Shown here piece by piece: positions 40,515 to 51,114 of a DNA stretch of 53,120 nt. Numbering within the stretch: the stretch's first letter is position 1; every line of letters begins with the position of its first letter. Below the pieces are notes generated by a model. That model was not told the origin of the DNA. It worked only from the letters and a program-made list of their open reading frames with translations, and searched no databases. The position numbers and the translations under genes were made by a program. The DNA is from Girardia tigrina (Eukaryota), in the NCBI GenBank assembly GCA_001938485.1, contig MQRK01241884.1:1-53120 (forward strand), given 5' to 3'.

Positions 40515-40869
40515 CTCTCTGATGTCAATGTAACATCTTTACAAAAAGTCAATCTACCCATGAAATCTATGTTTCTTAAACAAACACTATGTTTGACTAT
40601 TGTTTACATTTGACATAAACGATCATTCCGATTACTTGACAAGTGCATGCATGACAATTGCGTAGAGACTTTTGCATACAATATGCAAAAGTAACTACGA
40701 AAAAGTAGAAGTCATGGAATATACCGACCATTTGTTGTATGATTATACAATTATAAAATTTTCAATTTTTTTAATTAGTTTTTTTAATTAAAACTTTGTT
40801 GGCAAAGTAGAGTTGGGTCTACATAAAGAATGGATATAAAAAATTTAATTTTTTGATTTACTAGTTATG

Positions 40870-42060
40870 ACTACAGCGGGATATTTTTTGACCTAAAAAA
40901 TTAAAATTTTGACTTTATATTTCCTAGATTTTGACTTTTTTTGACCTTAAAAAAATTAGTTAAGAGAACAAGTATTTCAAAAATTGTATTAATAACACGT
41001 AGAGTAAAAAATGTTCAAGAAGTGGAATTAAAATTCTGCAATGCATAATAACGCACATTTCCCACATCAAAGTTACGATTATCTCGCAAAATTCTTTTCA
41101 GAATGGAAAACCTCCTTTCTACCGCACCACTTGTTTGCAGTGCTTCCTGCAGTAAAGCATAAAAGTGAGGGGACACATCGTTTCTCGCCATCTTCATTTT
41201 GTCCATAATTTCACTTCTGTCAAAAAGTTTATCCCAGTATTTTCTAATGGCACACGGATCCACCCCAACATGAAATATTTTTTATGTCTTTAACTGCCTG
41301 ATGTATATGATAGTTTGAAGACTCGAAGCATTCTACAAAGTTACAAGCGATTTATATTGTAAAATGTTAATAAAGTATTTAGAAAGAGTAGAACTTGCGA
41401 CCGCCTCTTTGGCATGCGCAAGAAGGAGCTGTTTGCATTCTGTGGAATTTACAATCTGTCAAACTGTTGGCTTTCTACTCCGTGTATTAGAAAGCTGCAT
41501 GCAACCCTGTGGTCCATCTCGTGAAAACCGGCTGAGATGATTGTTCAATAATTTTAAGTAGGCCTCGCCGTTCTGGGTTCTTTACTGCGAGGGCTTTGAC
41601 AATCAAGTGGCTTGTTGTATGCGGGTGCAAATTTTGTCTTCACTTGCATTTCACAATTGTTCAGTAAATGAGCTCCGCAGGTTACATGAAGCAATTGTGA
41701 ATACATTGTTTTCAGAACAATGATAATGAATAAAGAAGAAATACAATTATGATAACCTAGAACAATTTAAAACAGAAAAAAATTAATTGAATATTTGAAC
41801 AGATTTTGAATATGAGAATGAATAAAGAAAAAATAAAGTAAAATAAACTAGAACAATTTAAAATTAAAAAATCTTATTGAAACAAAACAGTGTTTTCTAA
41901 ATTTTTAAGACTTTTTTTAAAGTTAAAACTTTTTTAAATTGATATTATTGACTTAATTAGACTTTTTTGACGTATTTTGACAAAATTGTTTCATATTTTG
42001 ACTTAATTTGTCTAATTTTGACTTACTTTTTCTTTTTTTGAAATTTTTTGACTTAACGAA
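40870..42060 (-). mobile_element. internally deleted hAT element
   Basis: ORF 41263->41015 QTSGAVERRFSILKRIL (hAT dimerisation motif); upstream HVTCGAHLLN and PVFTRW fragments; TTTGAC(T/C) subrepeats at both ends. Exact termini not resolved. Confidence 0.75.
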
Positions 42061-42599
42061 GTTTTTAAGCAACTTTTAATTTTATGTAATTTATAACATT
42101 TGTACCTCTGAAATTGATTTTATAATTTTTTATCCTTTATCCTTCAAAACATATATGTTTCAACAGCATAATATACAAATGTGGAATTTTCACTGTATCT
42201 CCAAAATTCTGATTATGAATTTGCAAAGCTGCAGAGACACTTATCAAAAATTGATTTTCAACTGATTTTGATACCATTTATTGATACAGGGAAAATTCGG
42301 CATTGACATATTACTTTACAGAAGGAGATTATTGACAGAGGAGATGATAGAGAATTACAGATTTAATATAAAATTAGGTAGGAACAAATATTCCTGGGTT
42401 TAGTCATTAAATGCGAGATTCATTGCTACTTCTTAGGTACACGTACACGTTGGGGGAGACTTTTTCTGCATTGAGTAGTTTTATTTGCTGTGCAAGTTAT
42501 TGTGTACAAATATCAATAAATATATGAAATTATTATAAACTTTAATTATATAGTATAAGGAAGATCGAAGGAGAAGATGAAGTATTTAGTTAGGGGCGA

Positions 42600-43231
42600 T
42601 TATCATGAAAGACATTCGTCACATAAATGATTTCTGCTTCTTCCAACATCACAATAATAACAATAAGATTCCCAAATAATTTATTGAAACACGTTTTAAA
42701 TTCGACAATTAATGATTAAGTTTATTAATTGAGTTGAGTTTACTTTCACTTTAATTTTATTTGTGAAGATATTTTTAGTAATTATATTTTTAATCTTTTA
42801 TGTATTGCTAGATAGATAGATAATATTGTGAATTTGTCCATTCCTTTTATTAGCTTGCTTTCTATATATGTGTATTACGCTTCGAAGGAATCAATTTACA
42901 AAACATACCAGTTTCGTCAGCATTGTAAACATTTTATTTGCCTTATTAAATTATTTTTCTTGAAAGAAAATCAATGACATTGTTGTAATAAACTGAAACC
43001 AGGCCATACGATTCTCCAAGTAATCTTCTATGTTTTAAACTGTGACGTTCTACAAATTTTTCGAGCCAACATTTGATACTTTAAATTCTGTTAATTTCAA
43101 GTCATTAGCAATTTTTAATGCTTTATCAGTAAATAATGGGAAAAAATGTGGCGGATATAAGAATTTTTCTATGTAAAATGTATTTTTGTTGCGGTTATCA
43201 GTGGTTGGCCGATACGAGAGACTTTTACTGT
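42600..43231 (-). mobile_element. pogo/Tigger (CENP-B-like) transposon remnant
   Basis: Minus-strand TA-CAGTAAAAGTCTCTCGTATCGGCC terminus; LKLTEFKVSN/WLEKFVERHSL..RRLLGES and YNADETGMFCKLIPSK motifs. Confidence 0.75.
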
Positions 43232-44139
43232 ACTTAAAAATGCATACTTGTATAGTTATTTAACATTTGTCCGATGCACGCCTCCTAAAAGGTTTAGAGG
43301 CCGCTAAACTAACAAACAGACTAAGAAGTTTGTAATGGAAAATGAGAGCGAGTGGATCTCTATCTTCCATTAACTAAATAAATTAATAAACACAAAGTAA
43401 TCTGAATTTACAAAGTAAAATAATTTCTGAAGCTACTTTTTGAACTTTTAGGGTAGAGGTAGATCCAATGTGTATAACAAAAGAAATATGAATTTCATTA
43501 TTGTTTCCAATAGAACATCACTTATAACTTAAATTTTTAAAGCTTCACCATGCCATTTAACAAATAGAGAGTTAATTAAAATATTATGACGAAAGTATTC
43601 CTGTCTAGTGCTGTGATCTGTAGAACATTCAACTAAAAAGCATAATAAAGGATTAGAAAAGTAACCAAATTTTGAAACCCATATTTTCCAATACCTAGGA
43701 TACATCCTCTATACAAAATGGAATGTCAAAATTCAATTGTGACTGATAAATTCAAAGTTCAAATATCTGGATTGTGATAAATTTTAAGCAATTGTATTCC
43801 TTTGAAAATATGAGTACATCATAACACCTGAACATGTAGGACACTTGACAATCAATTGACATTCTAACATATCTCATTAATATTTAGTACTTTGAATAAA
43901 CTATTAAATTGACATCTAATAAAGTAATCGTTTACGTAAATTGGTTGGTTATTTATCAAAAGAAATGGGTTTCTAAAGACAAACAATCAAATACTCTCTT
44001 AAAGAAGAAATACAAAGTACATATGTGTTGTCATTTCGCGAACAAGGCAAGTATGTCTTCGTAATTAGGTATTAACAACATTTATTATAATCGAAATCAG
44101 TATTGTTTTCACAACAATTCTTTTTTTTATCGTTGAGCA

Positions 44140-44256
44140 AAAGTGCCCGGTTGGAACATAAATAAATTCGCCGCATGCATCGGCCCGAAGGCGTCCTCTG
44201 CACCGACCCTGGTTGCCACAGGGGTTCTTTCACTAGCGGCCTCCCCCCGCACCCAT
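44140..44256 (-). ncRNA. candidate structured RNA element, family unknown
   Basis: GC-rich island; on the minus strand GCC(UUCG)GGC and CCCUG-U-G(GCAA)C-CAGGG hairpins enclosed by GCCGC/GCGGC and an outer imperfect stem. Confidence 0.35.
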
Positions 44257-44779
44257 CAATTGAGTGAACGAATTGAGTGAATCACATTCACTAATCGACA
44301 TCTCTCTTGATTAATAAATAAATATATAATGCATAAATATCAAATTATCTTAATCAATTTGACACTTAAAATTTTTTAACATATTTCTAAGAAATTGCGT
44401 TTAAAATTATTATTTATTGTTTGCAAAACTATTTATGTGATTTATTCATTAAAAAAATCAAAATCAATTTAAAATTTTACAACAATATTAAATTACAATT
44501 AAATCTAAACATTAAAAATTAAAATTATATTTATGAGGAGTTATTTAATTTTCTTACTTGACAAATTTATTAAAAAATTAATTTATTTATTAATTTATTT
44601 AAAATATTACAGCAATTTTGTATTACAATTGCAGTAAATTAAATATTTAAGTAAATATTATTTGATAAAGAGATTATATTACAATCGAATTAAGGATTAG
44701 ATTTAATTTATAAGTTTGTAATAAAATAAATATTTTTTTAAATTTTAGAGTAATTTGATATTAAAAAATAATTAAAAAT

Positions 44780-44951
44780 ACCCTAATTTACTGCGGATAA
44801 CTCATGGGTAATATGGTGGAAAAAGATGACTTTTAGAAAAATGTATGGGGGCGGGTTTTCAATAGGAACTTAATTTTCAAAAAGTACTAAATGATCAAAA
44901 ATTGAGATGCGAGTTATACACGGGTGTGAGTTATCCGCAGTAAATTAGGGT
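44780..44951. mobile_element. 172-bp MITE (Tc1/mariner-pogo type)
   Basis: Perfect 25-bp TIR ACCCTAATTTACTGCGGATAACTCA / TGAGTTATCCGCAGTAAATTAGGGT; subterminal GAGTTAT repeats. Confidence 0.85.
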
Positions 44952-45159
44952 TAACCAAATTAAATATTAATTTTTAAATTTGTATTTTTTTTACAAATTC
45001 GATCAGAATTTAAAATTTAAAATATGTCTACGAATCGATTATTAAAAAGGAATCTGAAAATTTCTTTGAATTTATTTGTAATAGAAATAATTAATTTGTG
45101 TAAATAATAATATTATAGAAAACGATTAACAATATTAAATTAGTTGCAGATAATAAGAA

Positions 45160-45252
45160 TCAAAATATAAATCAGTCATCTGCGAATGAAAGGAACGATT
45201 CCAAATCAGCACACAACATTCAAACATAAAACATTCCGAAAATTCTTCAGGA
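45160..45252 (+). mobile_element. solo-LTR-like family, degenerate 3' fragment J
   Basis: CATCTG...ATTCCAAATCAGCACACAACATTCAAAC...AATTCTTCA matches the family 3' motif block. Confidence 0.5.
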
Positions 45253-45894
45253 ACTAACTAATAACTTTAAAGTTAAAATTGATAGACCTATAAGACTTTG
45301 TTGTACAGCAAAATATCTTTCTACTAAGTCTTTCTTGATTTTTTATTGAAGGAGAAAGGATTATTTATGTCATTTGAAGGTGATTAAATTAATCTCGAAT
45401 TTCGAAATGTATCGTCCGAAACTTGTTAGGAAGGAATAAACCTTTACCTTGCCACTAATCTAAACCTAAACAAAATTATTTATATTTATATTTCATTAAT
45501 GTTAAGATTACCAATTATTTTATATTAAGTGTTTTGATAAAAAAAGGACTTAGATTGAATTTTATCGGAAACTAATTTGGTAGTCACTTTCCTCGAGCGA
45601 AGTTAATTGATTTCCTGATCTAAAAAGAGATTAAATGCAGTACCAACTAGTCCTAGAATCGCCTTTAAGAGTCAAAAAGTCAGTCTTCAATTGGTTATTT
45701 GTAACTATAGGCTGAATTATCATAAATAAATTTATTATACAAATCAAAAAAGTCAATTTGAAAATATTTTATAATTTATTTCTGGTATTATATTTCCTTT
45801 TTCAATAATATTCTGGTCAAACAATGACAACAATATAAAATTGTGATTTATTTATTTGTTTACCAAATGAAAATCTTCATGATTATAATATTTT

Positions 45895-46349
45895 GGGTAC
45901 AGGTCTTTTTGGTGCCGTTTATTTTGGCGCAGAAATGCTCAGTTTTTTCCTCCTAGGATGTGGAACCAATACAAAAGAACAATCGTAGAAATTGATAGGA
46001 CAAATAATTATGCAGAAGCAGCACACAGAAAATTTTATGGTGAAATTGGTGTTTACAATCCCATTTTATGGAAATTTATTGACTGTTTAAGAAAATTTCA
46101 AAAGAGCAGAGATTTATATTACGAGCAATTAGTTGCTGACAATGCTCCAAGACATAAACGTCTTAAATATTTAAAAGCAGATTAAAGAATTTTAAATATT
46201 GTTAAACGATTTGCTCAAACAGAACCATCGGATTACTTACGCGGTTTAGCACACAATTATAAAATGCATTAAATTAGTAATTTTTTATGTTCTTTACATT
46301 CTTTTTTTACATTTTAATATTATATTTCTTATTTTAAAAAATTCAGGGT

Positions 46350-46389
<40 letters not shown>

Positions 46390-46454
46390 TTTAAATTCTT
46401 TCAAAAAAAAATTCAAAAAAATAAAAAAGTACGGCGCCAAAAAGACCTGCTCCC
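45895..46454 (+). mobile_element. non-autonomous MULE derivative carrying the transposase C-terminus
   Basis: TIRs GGGTACAGGTCTTTTTGGTGCCGT / ACGGCGCCAAAAAGACCTGCTCCC; 9-bp TSD TAATATTTT / CAATATTTC (7/9); FPPRMWN...RTNNYAEAAHR...PILWKFIDCL...DYLRGLAHN. Confidence 0.85.
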
Positions 46455-46859
46455 CAATATTTCAGAAATCCTTTTTTTGTCTTTCGATTTCCATCTAAGG
46501 AGTATTTAATTAAACCGCGTTATCATCATTCAACTTGGCGAGATTATCCTTGTTGTCTCCTCCCGACGGCGAATCAAACGATCTTTTTCTGTCAAAACAA
46601 GGTATAATGGAAAAGCTTAGACCTCAAAATATAATATACAACCAGCAATTTTGATAAGTGTGTAATAATTATATAAAGAAATGTATAGATAGTGTAGTAA
46701 CTTTAAGTAGTTTTAAAATTTTGTGTTTACAATTTGATAATTACAGGGAGAAGGTTATATGCGAAGCACTAGCGTGTTGTGTCCTATAATTTCTTCCTTT
46801 TGCACTCAGTATCAAAGGAACGGAAGTATTATACATTTATGGTACTACTTTTGGGTAGA

Positions 46860-47300
46860 AATTAAAACAGACTACAATCTTTTATGACCTTAGTATGAAA
46901 AGCATGATTTATCGTCCGTAAGAAGTTCCTCTCTCATTTTTAGTGGAGGCTTCTAATCTTTCCAACGCCAGCTTGCGGATTCAACAAATCTGATGAATAA
47001 CTTTCGGTATTCCAGTTCAGTTAATAAAGTGCGTACAGAACCGTATCTAATCTTCAGTTTAAATGCTTGTTCGCCTACTTGTACACTACGATCACGATTT
47101 TTTACCTTGGATTTTTTTCATTTGATATTTCATTTCGTCTTCCTCCTCCGCCGGCATCGTTCACAGATATATTGAACTACTTCAGTCAATAATAAAGAGT
47201 CTCTCTGAATAGAGAATCACCGCAATAATTTTTTTCAATGTCTCTCATGGTTTTGGCTACATTTTGTCCAAGTTTATAATTATAACGAATGTTGTTCAAA
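46860..47300 (-). mobile_element. old mariner transposase fragment
   Basis: Minus strand DRSVQVGEQAFKLKIRYGSVRTLLTELEYRKLFIRFV resembles mariner HTH2 plus linker (ISYGSVxTIL..LGYRKL..RWVP). Confidence 0.5.
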
Positions 47301-48799
47301 ATAAAAGTTTCTACAGCATTGCGATTTTTTTATTTCATACCTAGTCTTAGTGATTATAATCAATATTTATTGATCGAATTACGTACGTGAATATGCAACA
47401 TTATTTGTGTCAAATTGGTTTAGATTATTTGATAAAACTATTAATTTTGAATAAGAATGTCTATGAATGAAAGCTCTATTGTGGATTGTCTCAAGGGTGA
47501 TCTAAATTGTTTTTTCTAATCAAACTTTAAATCTATGGGAGAGTTCTCTTAACAAATATGCTATCAAAATATCATTAATACAAATTATTATTTTTTTGCA
47601 AACATTTAAAATAGTATTAAAATTATATTTTAAAATATAATATTTAAAACATATCTTGTACTGAACACGAAATAAATTTGAAAGAAATTTAACATTCCTG
47701 ACATTTTGAAATCATTAGTTTAGTTTTTAAATTGTTCCTCTCGTATATTTTTGTATTTTTTTACGATTAATGTGTAAATAATACATGCTTTTTTTATTAT
47801 TTTAAGTATATTTGAATCACAAGGTCAGCAAATTTTATTTACTATAATAATTCAGTAGAAACAATCAATTACAAAGTATTATTAAGGATATTATGTAGAG
47901 AAAATTATATGTTTTAATTTATTAATATGTTAAAAAAAGTTTATGTATCTAGGAATAGTCGATGAATGCTCGAGTTTTCCGAACTCCCGAATTCTTATAA
48001 ATGAAATAACCCATTCGCCGTCAGACACCTAAAGCTATCTAGGATTTAGGACACGTAGTCTAGGTTGCTAAATTATTCAACCTCCAAAAATATCAAAATT
48101 CTGATTACTAAAAATAATAATTAAATTAATAAATTAACAGAAAAGTTGACCATAAATATTTCGGTTCTTTACGTTATAGTTTCTTTTGGTCAAAATTACG
48201 AATGCTTATCCTATAAAGAAAGGTCAAAACTTGTAATTTAAGAAACCTTAAACTCCTTTAGTTTTAATTCTATTATCATATTTCTTCGTTTGATTATGAT
48301 ATATATATATATATATATATATTTGTGTGTGTGTGTGTGTAAGTAAACAATACATTTCATCAGTTCCGTCTAAGGAACCATACCTTCAGTGGCTACCGCC
48401 AGACGTATGGCCTTTATAATAAATAAATAATGTAAAAAAATATTTTACAAATAATTATTTTAAAATGACATTAAATTATTGATTGAACTATTCGGTCACC
48501 TTTTTAACTATTACTAATTTTGTTATCTAATTTATAAAAAAAACTATTCCTCAAGACAAAGTTAATGGTACATATATTTTTTACCAAATTACCCAGAAAG
48601 AACTTTTTTAATGAATATCGACAAGAGAAAACGTTTTATTCAACTCATATATGAAAATTTCAGCAACGGAGACTGAAAATTCATTTTATGTACTGTTGTA
48701 AAGTAACTTATTTATTTTATTCTTCCATATAATTGTTCTCGCTATTGCAATCAATCGATCATTCATATCTTTTGGATATTGATTATATTTTTTATATTA

Positions 48800-50100
48800 T
48801 TAGTTCATACCAGAAAGAATGAGACTTTTGAAATGTCAATATCATTTTTAACGAGCAATGTAAAAAAACAAACCTGTGTAATACATTCATTCATAATCAC
48901 CATTCTTCTTTATAACATTAGAGAGGTATTGTATCAGTTTTCCCATCTCAGATGACCATCGGTCAGCAGAAATATTTTTCAGTTCTGATGTAATGAATTG
49001 ATGTAATTCATCTGCAGATTGAAAATCGGTTTTGTGTCGCTGATCTTCCAAGTAAGGGTGAATAAAGCGATCAAAGATGTTATAATCAGGGGAATATGGT
49101 GATTGACGGAGCAAGGTAGCATTCTTGTTTTCGAGAAACATGAACGTCACTTTGGAAACATGAGGCCTCGCGTTGTCTTGCACGAAAATCATGTTTTTCC
49201 AGTTGAGTGGAAACACTTGTCGACTGCATAATTATAACACTGCATTATTATAACACTTGTCATGCTTTCTCTCTCCTGCAGCAGTTCGCAATGATATTTT
49301 CCAGTGAAGGACACTGCGATGACAGACATGATTTTTCTGTCAAACTGACTGCGCTTCACGACATGAATGGGTTCACTGTGATCACCATCAGGGGAGACCC
49401 ATCAACGGTTGCTTCTTTTCTTGCCAACAGTTCTCATGTAAAACCACTTCTCATCCACCATCACAATATGTTCATGTTGGTGTTTGCTTTGCAAAATTTT
49501 TAACCATTCCTTTGCAGCAGTGACACGATTAACCTTTTGATCATTTGACAATGCATGAGGAACCCACTTACAGGCAACAGACCGAAAGCCCAAATGATCA
49601 CTCACAATACGCTGAATGGTTCCATGGCTGAGGGATGTCTCATCTTCAATTTCCTCAATGGTCACTGCACCATAGACGTTAATAATTCCAGAGACCAACA
49701 GAATGTTTTCAGGGGTTGTTTTTGTTGATTTTCTCCCGCAGTTTTCCCATGCAAAAGAAGTCTTGCCATTGTCAAATTCAGTTATCCACCGATACACTGT
49801 AGATTCTCCAACACTGTCAGCACCATGAACAGAGATAATTTCCTGATAAATTTCACTTCCCGTTATGCCGAGTGAATAACGGGAGAAGGTATAGAAACGA
49901 AGATTTTTNNNNNNNNNNNNNNNNNNNACAGACAAATAAATCAACCAATATTCAAACAAGTATTCAATAAATATTTTCTGTCAATATTTTTTTAACTATT
50001 ACATATTTTTACTCTTTATATGTTACTATATACTGCGCAAGTAATTTCCGCCTTTACATAGAAATAAAACATCATTTTCAATCTTTCTGGTACGAACCAA
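48800..50100 (-). mobile_element. mariner (DD34D), full length, frameshifted
   Basis: TIRs TTAGTTCATACCAGAAAGAATGA vs rc TTGGTTCGTACCAGAAAGATTGA, TA TSD; STVYRW..F, KWVPHAL, VMVDEKW, QDNARPH-x-YSPDYNIFD (D34D) over ORFs 49959-49402 and 49216-48887. Confidence 0.95.
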
Positions 50101-50222
50101 TAATTTAATTATCATTTTCTAATTATTATTGCATAGAAAAGGTTAATAATATAAGTTTTACTAACATTGAATTCTTGTCTCTCCCCCCTCTCTCTCTAAT
50201 TATATATATATATATATATATA

Positions 50223-50345
50223 TAGCAGGTGAGAGTCTCGTTCGTTAACAGAATTAACCAGACAAATCGCTCCATGAAATAAGAACGACCAAGCATCACC
50301 ACCCACCGAATCAAAACAGAGCTATCAATCTGTTAATTCTCACGG
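50223..50345 (-). pseudogene. diverged 18S rRNA fragment (~123 nt)
   Basis: The rc reads GTGAGAATTAACAGATTGATAGCTCT..GATTCGGTGGGTGGTG..GTTCTTA..TGGAGCGATTTGTCTGGTTAATTC..TAACGAACGAGACTCT..CCTGCTA, the conserved eukaryotic SSU rRNA 3'-major-domain segment, with scattered substitutions. Confidence 0.92.
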
Positions 50346-50632
50346 ATCAGCTAGTGGGTCGAATAAAAATGCAATCTTTTCTTCAACCATCACCCAAAGG
50401 TCTTGTTTCTCGAACCAAGGAATTGTTTTATCCTCGTTCTGTCGCATGGTTCTGAAAGTAAAAGTTAATGTGTTCTGTTGAATTATATCGGGTTTTCTAT
50501 CTGAAAGAAAGATCAATTAATCACAATAACGAGAGCAATTATATGGAAGAATAAAAATAACTAAGTTATATATGTATATCAAAATAAATAAATAAAGTAA
50601 TTTCTAATTGTATAATAAATCATTATATTTAG

Positions 50633-50815
50633 GTAATGAACTGGATGCCAAAGACAAGCATTCTCTGAAAGAAAAGAAAATAACCGATATTTTGAATGTT
50701 ACTTCACATGTGCCATTTTTCTTTGAGAATCATTTCAAATATTACAGAATACCCGCCAGTGATTCTGACAAACAAAATCTGTCCCAATATTTTGATGAAG
50801 CTTTTCAAATTATTG
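50633..50815 (+). CDS. DUSP10/puckered-like, coding exon 3 (DSP domain N-terminal half); gene continues beyond the window
   Basis: tttag|GTAAT...ATTG|gtgagt, 183 nt, phase 1-1: (G)NELDAKD...ILNVTSHVP...YYRIPASDSDKQNLSQYFDEAFQII. The GNE.DA.D, NVT.H.P and PA.DS.KQNL.QYF.EAF pattern fits the DUSP10 subfamily as I recall it. Confidence 0.92.
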
Positions 50816-51114
50816 GTGAGTTTGGATTTCGTGATTAGCATTTAGTAATTTGAGTAATATTTGCACTACAATTTGAGCTACTAAAATCGTGATCGATACA
50901 AAATAATAATGGATCTTCTGAAAGTCGGATTCAGTTATGTTTTGTTCAAATAAGTTGATCTGAAATGTGACACATTAGTTAGAAAAATATATTAAAATTA
51001 ATTTATTATTAAAAAAACAAACTATTTAAACTGTTTCCTGTTAAATTTCAAAGTTTGAGGAATAATTTGAAATTTCACTAGTTCCATTCTTTTTATTAGC
51101 TTACTTTATATATA

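Noticed and set aside
43250-44050. Possible transposase relic (minus-strand VKCPTCSGVM)
   Set aside because: One short CxxC motif with no termini or catalytic motifs is not enough to call.
50126-50314. 62-aa minus-strand ORF
   Set aside because: Chance translation of the 18S rRNA fragment and microsatellite.
50608-50632. N-terminal extension MYNKSLYL of the exon-3 ORF
   Set aside because: Intron sequence; the real LYLG comes from exon 2 and the acceptor is at 50631-50632.
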